DNA from: Candidatus Krumholzibacteriia bacterium
GTDB lineage: Bacteria > Krumholzibacteriota > Krumholzibacteriia > LZORAL124-64-63
DNA length: 64,000 nt
Direction of reading: 5' to 3'
Assembly: GCA_016744705.1 (NCBI GenBank)
Contig: JADGDU010000004.1
Coordinates: 118,801-182,800, forward strand
The translations under genes and the position numbers were made by a program. Below the pieces are notes generated by a model that saw nothing but the letters and a program-made list of their open reading frames with translations, was not told the origin of the DNA and did no database searches. This document shows, piece by piece, positions 9,735-19,165 of this stretch; the stretch's first letter is position 1, and every line of letters begins with the position of its first letter.

Positions 9735-11021
9735 ATGCAAAAGAAACTTTTCCGTACCATAGAAAACCTCCTGGACCAGGTGGATAACTCTGGTGGTAAC
9801 GAGCAGTCTCTCATCAACATTCTCCACCTTCTGGTTGAAGACGAAGACACCGCCAGCTGGGGAGTGGTCAGCGGCCGCCTTTATAAAGAACGCGAAAACG
9901 ATTTTAAACTCATCAAGAGCATCAGTGGCCTGGGACCGGGAATCACCGGCAAAACCGTCAGTAAGGAATACCAGGTGGTCCAGGACATCATGCTCCACCG
10001 CCTCTATATTATTTCTCCTGAAAGCCCGGGATTTGATCCCCAGTTCGAAGCCCAGTTTACCGAAATGGATTCGGCCGCCATCCTCATTGGCAGAGACCCC
10101 TCCTACATTTTGAGCCTCGGTATCCGGCATCATGGCAGCGATGATGATTTGCGGGTGCTGCTGGAAACCTTGCGCGCTTCCCTGGGCATCAAGCTACGTG
10201 AGCAGGCCCTGGCTGACCAGATGAAACAGGCTCAAATCATCCAACATTCCCTTTTACCTGCCCAAATACCTGATTTTGATGGATTTGATATTGCCGCCGT
10301 GAGTAAGCCGGCTGAAGAAGTGGGTGGCGATGTGTATGACATCCAAAGAGTGGAAGATGGGGTCATGGGGTTGATGCTGGCCGATGCCAGCGGCCACGGA
10401 TTGCCTGCCGCACTGCAGGCCAGAGATGTCGTGATCGGTCTGCGCATGGGTATTGCTGAGGGTGAAAAGATTTCTGGTACTGTGGCGCGACTCAACCGGG
10501 TCATCCATCACAGTGGTTTGGCCAGTCGATTCATTTCCTTGTTTTATGCGGAGCTGGAATCGGCGGGAAATCTTACTTATGTCAATGGGGGGCATTGCCC
10601 TCCCCTGCTGGTGACACCCAACAAAAAAGTCTACGAGTTGAAAGTCTCAGGGCCCGTTCTGGGACCGCTCCCCGAAGCAACCTACAGCCGGGGTTATCTC
10701 ACATTGAAGCCCGGAGAGGTTTTGGTCATTTTCTCGGATGGAGTCACCGAGCGGCACGAGCCCAACGACGACCTCGATGATCCGGACAGTGAAGTCATAC
10801 CCGTAGAATTTGGGCGTGAAGGATTGGTGCAAACCATCATCCAGAACCGGAAAAAATCAGCGGAAGAAATCATGTGCGCCATCATGACCGCCGTCAGCAA
10901 ATTCGGTAAGGATAGGCCCTATTCAGATGATGTCAGCGTGATGGTGGTCAAGCGTCTGCCGGCCGAGAATTACCCGCCGGTGGAGCCGCTCACCTTATTG
11001 TCTACCGAAACCAGACGATAA
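9735..11021 (+). CDS. PP2C/SpoIIE (RsbU-like) phosphatase with N-terminal GAF-like region
   Basis: VGGDVYD, LADASGHG, YVNGGHCPP, IFSDGVTE, SDDVS motifs; GGAGG RBS upstream. Confidence 0.9.
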   Translation: MQKKLFRTIENLLDQVDNSGGNEQSLINILHLLVEDEDTASWGVVSGRLYKERENDFKLIKSISGLGPGITGKTVSKEYQVVQDIMLHRLYIISPESPGFDPQFEAQFTEMDSAAILIGRDPSYILSLGIRHHGSDDDLRVLLETLRASLGIKLREQALADQMKQAQIIQHSLLPAQIPDFDGFDIAAVSKPAEEVGGDVYDIQRVEDGVMGLMLADASGHGLPAALQARDVVIGLRMGIAEGEKISGTVARLNRVIHHSGLASRFISLFYAELESAGNLTYVNGGHCPPLLVTPNKKVYELKVSGPVLGPLPEATYSRGYLTLKPGEVLVIFSDGVTERHEPNDDLDDPDSEVIPVEFGREGLVQTIIQNRKKSAEEIMCAIMTAVSKFGKDRPYSDDVSVMVVKRLPAENYPPVEPLTLLSTETRR

Positions 11022-12679
11022 AGAGCCACGGTCCAGGGTTGGGGTTCCCTCAGCCCGACACCCTCCAGGATGCAGGTGTCCAGTAATTCGAACCGTATGC
11101 CGTGCATGGTTTTCCCTTCCCAACGCGGAGCCCCCTCAGCACGATCTACAAAATAGTCGGGGCGGCGCCCGCTGCCTGTTTCCCGCATTTCCAGCCAGGC
11201 GCCACTGGCCACCATTTCCTGGAAACCGATCTTCTGGCCCAACTCCAGAATTTCCGGGCTCACCAACCCCATCAGATCCAGAACCCGGCGCTCGCTGGCG
11301 TAACCCACGGCCCCAATATCCAAGGCCGCAATGACGGCATCCTCTGGGGTGTTCCGACTGAGCCATTCGCCCATGCCCAGGTAACACTCCCGCACACCCT
11401 GGGGAAACTTCTGAGCGTGGGGCACCACCTGGCCAAAGAAAATCCAACCATTAAAGACCAGGGTTAGGACCACACACGAGATCATGACGGCAAATCCTAC
11501 CTTCCGGCCACGATAACCCACCGCCAGACCCGCCATAAGCCATTCGCAAATCAATCCCATGGCCAGCAGCAGAACAGGAGCCAAAGGACTCACGTACCGG
11601 GAAATAATCCAAACCTGTTTGAAAGCATATCCGCCCAGCAGAACAAAAAACCAAGTGGCAGCCACACCGATAAAAGTCGTAGGTCCCCACACCGACCAAG
11701 GACCTTCCCCCGCTGCGGTGGGTGTCTCCTGATCCTCTTGTGCCGCCCAATATTCCTGCTCTTCCCAAATCTTTTCACGCTTTTTACGGTTGCGAATGAG
11801 AACCAGCACCACCAGGGCAATCACCATCACCCAAAGTAAGCCCTGGGTGGCTGCCAGTTGCTTGATGTTCTGAAAAAAGTACTGAACAATCATACCCAGA
11901 GAGGGAGCGAAAGTGCTGGATTTGGCCGCAGCCGTACCTGGTGTGATACGCCCAAAAGCCTGCCAGGCATAAATAAGCCAGGGTCCAACAACCAGAGCCC
12001 AACCCAGGCCAGCAGCCAATATAGGCCCCTGGGGACGGGCCTCATGCCGTTCGCTGGCACCCCCCACACTCCCAACACGCATGTATTCAAAAAGAAGCAA
12101 CCACGGCAAAGCCAGGGGAGCCAGAAGCATAAATTCGGGTCGCACCAGCCCCGCCAAACCTGCAGCCACACCCCATCCCAGATAGCGGCGCCAGAGCTTT
12201 TCCCGCGTAACGCCCCACCCCATATCCCGGCCGGTGACCAGGGGCCACATTAAAAAGACAAGGAATGCGGTAGCCAAGGGGGTTTCCATACCTGAGAAAG
12301 TCCAACGCAGAAACCAGACATCACTGACGGCCAGCAGAAGTATGGCCGCCTTCCATTCCGCGGGAAAAGTCAGCCGCTCCAGAATGGCATCAAAAATGAT
12401 GATCATGCCCAAACCACTGAGGGCCCCCAACAGCCAGGCCGCTGTGAAGGGAGCCAATCCCAACTTCAGGAAAATGGCCAGCCCAAAAATCCACAAAGGG
12501 CTGGTGGCTCCGTAGCTGCCCTGGCCGGGATTAAAGGAGAATTCTCCCCGCTCTATGAGGTTGTGAGCGTAACGCAGATGGATGTAGGTATCGTCAGTGA
12601 TATAGCCTCGTAAAAACCAACCAGCCGCGGCGAAAACAGCCACGGCCAGAGCGAGACGTATAAGACGTGACTGATTCAT
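10970..12679 (-). CDS. Multi-pass membrane protein, probable GT-C fold glycosyltransferase
   Basis: ITDDTYIHLRYAHNL acidic motif after TM1, SGMETPL, VRPE, C-terminal soluble domain with DIGAVGY...DLMGL. Confidence 0.7.
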   Translation of the reverse strand: MNQSRLIRLALAVAVFAAAGWFLRGYITDDTYIHLRYAHNLIERGEFSFNPGQGSYGATSPLWIFGLAIFLKLGLAPFTAAWLLGALSGLGMIIIFDAILERLTFPAEWKAAILLLAVSDVWFLRWTFSGMETPLATAFLVFLMWPLVTGRDMGWGVTREKLWRRYLGWGVAAGLAGLVRPEFMLLAPLALPWLLLFEYMRVGSVGGASERHEARPQGPILAAGLGWALVVGPWLIYAWQAFGRITPGTAAAKSSTFAPSLGMIVQYFFQNIKQLAATQGLLWVMVIALVVLVLIRNRKKREKIWEEQEYWAAQEDQETPTAAGEGPWSVWGPTTFIGVAATWFFVLLGGYAFKQVWIISRYVSPLAPVLLLAMGLICEWLMAGLAVGYRGRKVGFAVMISCVVLTLVFNGWIFFGQVVPHAQKFPQGVRECYLGMGEWLSRNTPEDAVIAALDIGAVGYASERRVLDLMGLVSPEILELGQKIGFQEMVASGAWLEMRETGSGRRPDYFVDRAEGAPRWEGKTMHGIRFELLDTCILEGVGLREPQPWTVALYRLVSVDNKVSGSTGG

Positions 12680-12696
12680 CAGTGTAAAAAACCCAA

Positions 12697-13866
12697 TTAT
12701 TTAAGGAACATAGGCAAAGCCTGGACACGACGGATGATTGGACGATATTCATCTTCATCGTAAAAGCGCTCCACGTCAACACGTTTGACACCTTCAATGA
12801 CCGAACTCAGCCCAACTGTGGTGTATTTGCCATCCTGCAGAGCCGTCATCAGGCCACTGGCCCCATCCAGCAACATATCCATGGCCAGATTCGCGAAGTT
12901 CATGGCCACCATCCGGTCCAAGGCATCGGGAGCCCCGCACCGCATCATATAACCCAATTGCTGGAACGTGACTTTGTGTCCTGTGAGTTCTTTTACCTTG
13001 TCGGCAATAAAGTGCCCCACGCCCCCCAGTTTCTGGTGGCCGTAGGCATCCTTGTCGCCTTTTTGAGTGAGTTGTCCACCAATGGGCATGGCGCCTTCAC
13101 TGATGGTCATCATGGCGTAGTTACTGGGATTGTGATGCTTATCGCGCACAATCATTTCAGCCAACTTTTCCACATCAAAGGGCACTTCTGAAATGAGGGC
13201 CCGGTCTACATTGGCAAGGTAGCTGGCCACCAGACTGGTCTCGCCGCTGTTGCGGCCAAAGAGCTCAATCAGGCCGATGCGTTCGTGGCTGCCAATGGGA
13301 GTGCGCAGGTCGTTCAGGGCCTGGACACTGCGCGTGATGGCAGTGCCAAAGCCGATGCAGTAGTCAGTACCGTAGACATCGTTGTCCATGGTCTTGGGCA
13401 GGGCGATTTGGGGATAGCCGGCCTGGTTCAAGCGCGCCGCATAGCTGAGGGTGTCGTCTCCACCAATGGGCAACAACGCATCAATTTCCAGGTGCTCCAA
13501 ATTGGCCACAATGGTCTCGGTGATATCCACCGGATATTTGAGGCCATCTTTTTTAAGATGTTCGGGCATGTCCTGCTCGCGCACCTTGGCCGGGTTGGTG
13601 CGGCTGGTGTGCAGGAAGGTTCCTCCAGTGCGGTCGATGGTGCGGACATCATCGTAAGTCAGCGGAATAACCCATTCCTGATTTTCTTCCAGAGTCCACT
13701 CGGGTCGGTAATTGGCTAACCCACCCCAACCGCGGCGAAACCCGTAGACTTCCAATCCGGCTTTATGGGCCCGGTGAACCACTTGTTTCATGGCAGAATT
13801 CAGCCCGGGAACATCTCCGCCACCAGTCAGGATGGCAATCCTCTTCATGCGCCGCTTCATCATCAA
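12697..13866 (-). CDS. pfkA: 6-phosphofructokinase, probably PPi-dependent (start may be a few codons downstream)
   Basis: [24 protein letters not shown] and PKTMDND. The GGDD plus Lys signature indicates PPi use. Confidence 0.9.
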   Translation of the reverse strand: MMMKRRMKRIAILTGGGDVPGLNSAMKQVVHRAHKAGLEVYGFRRGWGGLANYRPEWTLEENQEWVIPLTYDDVRTIDRTGGTFLHTSRTNPAKVREQDMPEHLKKDGLKYPVDITETIVANLEHLEIDALLPIGGDDTLSYAARLNQAGYPQIALPKTMDNDVYGTDYCIGFGTAITRSVQALNDLRTPIGSHERIGLIELFGRNSGETSLVASYLANVDRALISEVPFDVEKLAEMIVRDKHHNPSNYAMMTISEGAMPIGGQLTQKGDKDAYGHQKLGGVGHFIADKVKELTGHKVTFQQLGYMMRCGAPDALDRMVAMNFANLAMDMLLDGASGLMTALQDGKYTTVGLSSVIEGVKRVDVERFYDEDEYRPIIRRVQALPMFLK

Positions 13867-13933
13867 TCTCCCTTTTTACTGAATGTATTGCTTTCGACGC
13901 AAGATACGGCCCTTTCAATTTCACAGCAAGGAC

Positions 13934-14968
13934 CTAGGTGTTTTCTGGAATCTGGAAATGACAGCCACCTGAAAGAAATGTGCCTGAACAACTCATGCGA
14001 GCCAATTCACGCACATCGTTTTCGCTCAACCCAAAAGCCTCCATGGCCAACTCATATTCCCGGGAAAGAGTGGTGCTCGATACGGTGGGGTTGTCAGTGC
14101 ACAGAGCCACCTTCACCCCCGCGTCCAGAAACTTAGGGAGGGGATGATTTTCCAGTTTGTCAATGGCCCCAGTCTGCACATTGGACGTCAGACAGACTTC
14201 GAGCATCACCCCGTCATCGGCCAGCCGTTTGATGAGGGCGGCGTCATTTCCGGCGCTGGTGCCATGACCAATGCGATCGGGTCCCAGATAGTCCAGGGCT
14301 TCCCAAATCCGCTCGGCCCCTTCGCTTTCTCCAGCGTGGGCCGTTTTCTTCAGCCCCATTTTTGTCGCCAGGTCATAAGCATCTTTAAAAAGCACGGGAG
14401 GAAATGGAGCCTCATGCCCGGCAATATCAAATCCGATGACTCCTACCCCATTATGAAAATCCTCCCGTTCGCCAAGCACTTCACGCAAGAGAATGCGGGC
14501 CATATTCCCCCCGTGATTGCGCATGGCAATGACGATGATACCCACCTTGAAATCGGGATGCTCTTTACCAAAAGTGGAAAACCCTTTGCGCGTGGCCGCC
14601 AATACCTGGCGATTGGTCAACCCGGCCCTACGATGGATGAGGGGATTGATGCGCAGCTCCAGCAAACGGATGCCATCGTTATAGGCATCTTCCGCCAATT
14701 CATAGGAAATGCGCCGGATGTTATCGTAAAACTGGGTGTATTGCAGCGGAACATGGAATTTGTCCAGATAATCCAGCAGGGTATTGTCCAGGCTGTCGTC
14801 CCACTGCAGGTAGTGGCGAAATTGTTCATAATCCAGGCCAGGCACAGCACTGTAATACTTTTCCGATAGTTCCCATAGAGTTTCCGGTCTGATGGATCCA
14901 TCAAAATGACGGTGAAGGTCAGCCAGGGGGAGGCTTTGAATGAATTCTTTTCTCTGCTCTTTACTCAT
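13934..14968 (-). CDS. add: Adenosine deaminase family protein
   Basis: DLHRHFDGS, HAGE, RIGHG, CLTSN, TDNP. Start reassigned to ATG 14968 (MSKEQRK) behind AAAGGTG. Confidence 0.88.
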   Translation of the reverse strand: MSKEQRKEFIQSLPLADLHRHFDGSIRPETLWELSEKYYSAVPGLDYEQFRHYLQWDDSLDNTLLDYLDKFHVPLQYTQFYDNIRRISYELAEDAYNDGIRLLELRINPLIHRRAGLTNRQVLAATRKGFSTFGKEHPDFKVGIIVIAMRNHGGNMARILLREVLGEREDFHNGVGVIGFDIAGHEAPFPPVLFKDAYDLATKMGLKKTAHAGESEGAERIWEALDYLGPDRIGHGTSAGNDAALIKRLADDGVMLEVCLTSNVQTGAIDKLENHPLPKFLDAGVKVALCTDNPTVSSTTLSREYELAMEAFGLSENDVRELARMSCSGTFLSGGCHFQIPENT

Positions 14969-15135
14969 AATAACACCTTTTCTCATAGATAAATTTGCCA
15001 CAGAATAGATCCGAAATAAACAAATGTCCAGATTTCCCCAACTCCGGCCCTTCAACCATAGACGAATACCCAAAATACTATTATCTTTGCCACCCACTCA
15101 TGCACAAACTGTTATCCGTTTTTGGAGGGCGCCGG

Positions 15136-16119
15136 ATGTTCAACCGCGATGTATTAAATATTGATTTGGAAAGTGAAGCCCAGAAGATAAGCGCCGGTTG
15201 GCGTGATATTGTCGTCAAACGGCTCGCCCGAAGAGGCGCTGTAGTGGCCATCAGCGGTGGGATCGACAGCAGCTGTTGTGCCGCTCTGGCCGTGCGCACT
15301 TTTGGCACCAAAAAAGTATTTGGCCTGTTGCTACCCGAACGTGATAGCTCCTCAGACAGCATCAGTCTTGGCACCCAGGTTGCCGAACATCTGGGCATTG
15401 AATTTGTCGTTGAGAATATCCAGCCCACTCTGGCTGCCATCGGCTGCTACGAGCGTTATGATGCTGCCGTCCAAAGGGTGTTCCCCCACTTTGGCAAAGG
15501 CTGGAAAAGTAAAATTGTCCTTCCCGGCGATCTTTTAAATAGCGACCGCATGAACTTCTACCGTTTGGTGGTCCAGGATCCCCAAGGGGAAATGATGACC
15601 GAGCGCATGCCCCTGCAGGCCTACCTGGAACTGGTGGCCGCCACCAATTTCAAACAACGCATCCGCAAAACCCTGGAATATTACCATGCTGACCGCCTTA
15701 ACTACGCCGTCACCGGCACACCCAACCGCCTGGAATACGATCAGGGATTTTTCGTGAAAAATGGTGATGGCGCCGCCGATGTGAAGCCTATTGCCCACCT
15801 CTACAAGACTCAGGTCTACGCCATGGCCCGCCACTTGGGTATGCCCGACAATATTTGCAGCACTACGCCCACCACCGATACCTACAGCCTCGAACAGGGA
15901 CAGGACGAGTTTTATTTTGTCCTGCCCTACCCAGAGATGGATCTGCTGCTCTGGGCTAAAAATCATCAGGTCACGGTGGAAAATGCCGCTGAAGTGATGG
16001 GCCTGGAAACCGTCCAGATTGAGCGTGTTTATAAGGATATTGACCGCAAACGCACGACTACCTTGCCTTTGCATTTAAATAGTATTTTGGTGGGAGATGT
16101 GCCGGAAATCATCAAATAA
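15136..16119 (+). CDS. nadE: NH3-dependent NAD+ synthase-like protein (PP-loop)
   Basis: VAISGGIDSS PP-loop, NFKQRIRK, GTPNRLE, DVKPIAHLYKTQVY. Start reassigned to ATG 15136 behind GGAGG. Confidence 0.75.
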   Translation: MFNRDVLNIDLESEAQKISAGWRDIVVKRLARRGAVVAISGGIDSSCCAALAVRTFGTKKVFGLLLPERDSSSDSISLGTQVAEHLGIEFVVENIQPTLAAIGCYERYDAAVQRVFPHFGKGWKSKIVLPGDLLNSDRMNFYRLVVQDPQGEMMTERMPLQAYLELVAATNFKQRIRKTLEYYHADRLNYAVTGTPNRLEYDQGFFVKNGDGAADVKPIAHLYKTQVYAMARHLGMPDNICSTTPTTDTYSLEQGQDEFYFVLPYPEMDLLLWAKNHQVTVENAAEVMGLETVQIERVYKDIDRKRTTTLPLHLNSILVGDVPEIIK

Positions 16120-16236
16120 TTGTGAAGATGTTTGCCTGTAAGGCATATTCGTGTTACTAAGAATAAAAGCAACTAAGGTGTGTATTCAGTTTCCCTAAAC
16201 CAGAACCTGATGCCAACGCGGGGAGAGTCTTGAAGA

Positions 16237-16689
16237 ATGAAAGTTAACACCAAAGTTCGCTATGGTTTACGGGCGATCCTGCAAATTGCTGAAGGTTATG
16301 GCAAGGATCCGGTTCCAATCAGTGCCATCAGCGAAAGCCAGGAAATCAGCGGCAAATATCTGGAACAGGTGGTTGGAACTCTGCGCAAGTCAGGTTTGAT
16401 CACCAGCCGCAAAGGTGTTCGCGGTGGGTACCTGTTGTCTCGATCCCCGGAAGAGATCAACCTCTGGGAGATTATCACGGCCCTCGACAGCCACACCACA
16501 TTGGTGGATTGTGTTCTGGAACCAGGGATTTGCGATCGTTCCGATGATTGCCTCACCCGCTCCATTTGGAAGCTATTGAGTGTTCGCATGGAAGAGTTCT
16601 GGTCCAGTTTCAAACTTTCGGACCTTTTGAAAACCATGCACGAGACGGGCGATGTGAATTTACAACAACTCACCGACTTGGATTTGTAA
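16237..16689 (+). CDS. Rrf2 family transcriptional regulator (IscR-like, three Cys)
   Basis: RYGLRAIL...YLEQVVGTLRKSGLITSRKGVRGGY, then C-x6-C-x5-C. Confidence 0.92.
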   Translation: MKVNTKVRYGLRAILQIAEGYGKDPVPISAISESQEISGKYLEQVVGTLRKSGLITSRKGVRGGYLLSRSPEEINLWEIITALDSHTTLVDCVLEPGICDRSDDCLTRSIWKLLSVRMEEFWSSFKLSDLLKTMHETGDVNLQQLTDLDL

Positions 16690-16710
16690 GCTCATTTCCC
16701 TCAGGTTTTG

Positions 16711-16750
16711 ACAAAGAGTCCTCCCAGCTCCTGGGAGGACTCTTTGTTTT
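16711..16750 (+). terminator. Intrinsic terminator after the rrf2 gene
   Basis: 17-bp stem ACAAAGAGTCCTCCCAG / CTGGGAGGACTCTTTGT with a 3-nt loop and a T-rich tail. Confidence 0.85.
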
Positions 16751-16785
16751 GTCTGCTAATATTTGATCTATTTCTCCAATCCCCG

Positions 16786-16813
16786 TTGACTATCACTCCC
16801 GCCGGAATAACCT
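16786..16813 (+). promoter_or_regulatory. Candidate sigma70 promoter of pta-ackA
   Basis: TTGACT - 16 nt - TAACCT between the terminator and the pta start. Confidence 0.45.
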
Positions 16814-16871
16814 TAGCACTGAAGAGAATTTGTTTCCTGGGTTAAGGTGTCCTGAATGGGAGTATCGAGTC

Positions 16872-17864
16872 ATGGATTTCGTGCAGAGCCTGCGAGCTAA
16901 AGCCGCTGAGAATATCAAAACCATCGTCCTGCCTGAAGCAGTGGACGAGAGAATGCTCCAAGCCGCCGGAGAAATCACTGGTGCCGGGTTTGCATCCATC
17001 ATTCTGCTGGGCAACGAAGCCAGCATCACCGGGAAACTGACCGCAATGGGGTTTTCACCTGAAAAGCTCACCATCATTGACCCAGAGCTCTCCACTTACC
17101 GGATGGAATTTGTCCGCACTTATCATGAAATGCGCAAACGCAAAGGAATGACCGAGGACGAAGCGGCCACCATTATGCTGGATCCCCTGTTTTTTGGGGC
17201 CATGCTGGTCCAAAAAGGCATGGCCGACGGCATGGTTGCCGGCGCCATCAACTCCACTGGTAATGTCTTGCGGGCCGGTTTCCAGGTGGTGGGAATGGCC
17301 GCTGGCACGAAAATCGTCTCCAGCTGTTTTGTCATGGTCAAAGAAGAATGGGCTTTCGGTGAAAACGGCATGATCGTTTTTGGTGACTGCGCCGTGAACC
17401 CCCAGCCTACGGCCGAACAATTGGCCAACATTGCCATCGATACCGCCACCACCGCTAAGGCCCTCTGCGGCTTTGAGCCCAAAGTGGCCATGCTGAGTTA
17501 TAGCACCCTGGGCAGTGGAGCCGGAGATGACGTGGAAAAAGTCATCGAAGCCACCCGCCTGGTGAAAGAAAAAGCTCCCAACCTGATGGTCGACGGCCCA
17601 TTGCAACTGGACGCGGCCCTCGTTCCGGCCATCGGCTCCTCCAAAGCTCCGGACAGTCCCGTGGCCGGTGGTGCCAATGTGATCATCTTCCCGGACCTTG
17701 ACGCTGGAAACATTGGTTACAAACTGGTGCAGAGATTAGCCGGTGCCGAAGCCGTGGGACCGGTATTGCAGGGCATGGCCAAAGGTGTGAATGACCTTTC
17801 CCGTGGCTGCAATGCTGAAGATATTATCAACGTCGTCGCAATCACTGCCCTTCAGTGCAAGTAA
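16872..17864 (+). CDS. pta: Phosphate acetyltransferase
   Basis: IVLPEAVDERML, VFGDCAVNP, MLSYST, DGPLQLDAAL, FPDLDAGNIGYK, NDLSRG. Start reassigned to 16872. Confidence 0.95.
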   Translation: MDFVQSLRAKAAENIKTIVLPEAVDERMLQAAGEITGAGFASIILLGNEASITGKLTAMGFSPEKLTIIDPELSTYRMEFVRTYHEMRKRKGMTEDEAATIMLDPLFFGAMLVQKGMADGMVAGAINSTGNVLRAGFQVVGMAAGTKIVSSCFVMVKEEWAFGENGMIVFGDCAVNPQPTAEQLANIAIDTATTAKALCGFEPKVAMLSYSTLGSGAGDDVEKVIEATRLVKEKAPNLMVDGPLQLDAALVPAIGSSKAPDSPVAGGANVIIFPDLDAGNIGYKLVQRLAGAEAVGPVLQGMAKGVNDLSRGCNAEDIINVVAITALQCK

Positions 17865-17883
17865 ACAGGAGAGACCGTCCATC

Positions 17884-19092
17884 ATGAGTACCAGCCAGAA
17901 TGTCCTGGTGATCAATTGCGGTAGCAGCTCGTTAAAGTACCAGCTGCTGAATATGGCCGATGAAAACGTCATGGCCAAAGGCCTGATCGAACGCATTGGC
18001 ATGCAGGACGGGGTGCACACCCTGAACCGCCCCCAGGAAGATGATTTTAAGGAAGTCCTCCCCATTGAGGATCATGCCCGGGCTATCGAATTGGTCATGG
18101 CTGCCTTGGTCGATGAAGGCCATGGGGTTCTCAAATCCATGTCCGAAGTCAATGCCGTGGGGCATCGGGTCGTGCATGCCGGAGAGAAATACAGTGGTTC
18201 GGTACCCATTGACGACGACGTGATCGCCGCCCTGGAAGAATGTGTCAGCCTGGCTCCGTTGCATAATCCCGCCAACATCACGGGAATTCGGGCTGCGCAA
18301 AAGGTGATGCCCGATGTGCCAATGGTAGGCGTTTTCGATACGGCCTTCCATCAGAGCATGCCGGATCGGGCCTACATCTACCCCATCCCCTATTACCTGT
18401 ATGAAGAGCACCAAATCCGCCGCTACGGATTTCACGGCACCAGTCACCGCTACGTCACTCTGCGCGCCGCTGAAATGATGGAATGCACCCCGGCAGATTT
18501 GAACCTCATCACCTGCCACCTGGGCAACGGGGCCTCAGTGGCTGCCGTTCTGGGCGGACAATCGGTGGATACCAGCATGGGTCTGACTCCTCTTGAAGGA
18601 CTCATGATGGGCACCCGCAGTGGCGACATCGACCCCGCCATGGTGGGTTTCCTCAGCCGCAAACTGGGCAAAGATCTGTCTGAAATCGAAAAAATGCTCA
18701 ACAAGGAAAGCGGCATGTTGGGTATCAGCGGCATCAGCAGTGATTTGCGCGATGTGGAACGCGAATACGCCAACGGCAACGACCGCGCCCGCCTGGCCCT
18801 GGAAGTTTACGGCTACCACATCCGCAAATACATAGGCGCCTACGCTGTCGCTCTCGGCCGAGTGGACGCCATCGTCTTCACCGCCGGTGTTGGCGAACAC
18901 GCCTCTCTGGTTCGCGAATGGGCCTGCCAAGGTCTGGAAGCCATCGGTGCCATTCTGGACCCCTTCAAGAACGCCACACGACATGACGAATCTGTCATTT
19001 CCAAAATGAGCAGCCGCGTCAAAATCATGATCATCCCCACCAACGAAGAACTCATGATTGCCCGCGATACCGCAGAGTTAGTCCTAAGCTAG
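17884..19092 (+). CDS. ackA: Acetate kinase
   Basis: VINCGSSSLK, GHRVVH, APLHNP, RYGFHGTSH, HLGNG, MGTRSGD, IPTNEE. Start reassigned to 17884. Confidence 0.96.
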   Translation: MSTSQNVLVINCGSSSLKYQLLNMADENVMAKGLIERIGMQDGVHTLNRPQEDDFKEVLPIEDHARAIELVMAALVDEGHGVLKSMSEVNAVGHRVVHAGEKYSGSVPIDDDVIAALEECVSLAPLHNPANITGIRAAQKVMPDVPMVGVFDTAFHQSMPDRAYIYPIPYYLYEEHQIRRYGFHGTSHRYVTLRAAEMMECTPADLNLITCHLGNGASVAAVLGGQSVDTSMGLTPLEGLMMGTRSGDIDPAMVGFLSRKLGKDLSEIEKMLNKESGMLGISGISSDLRDVEREYANGNDRARLALEVYGYHIRKYIGAYAVALGRVDAIVFTAGVGEHASLVREWACQGLEAIGAILDPFKNATRHDESVISKMSSRVKIMIIPTNEELMIARDTAELVLS

Positions 19093-19115
19093 CCTTCCTG
19101 AGGTTAGGTCCTAAG

Positions 19116-19149
19116 TAAATAGCGAGCCCTCCGGAGGGCTCGCTATTTA
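19116..19149. terminator. Bidirectional terminator (perfect 34-bp palindrome) between ackA and the PhzF-like gene
   Basis: TAAATAGCGAGCCCTCCGGAGGGCTCGCTATTTA equals its own reverse complement and sits at a convergent junction. Confidence 0.85.
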
Positions 19150-19165
19150 TTTATGCACCCTACCC

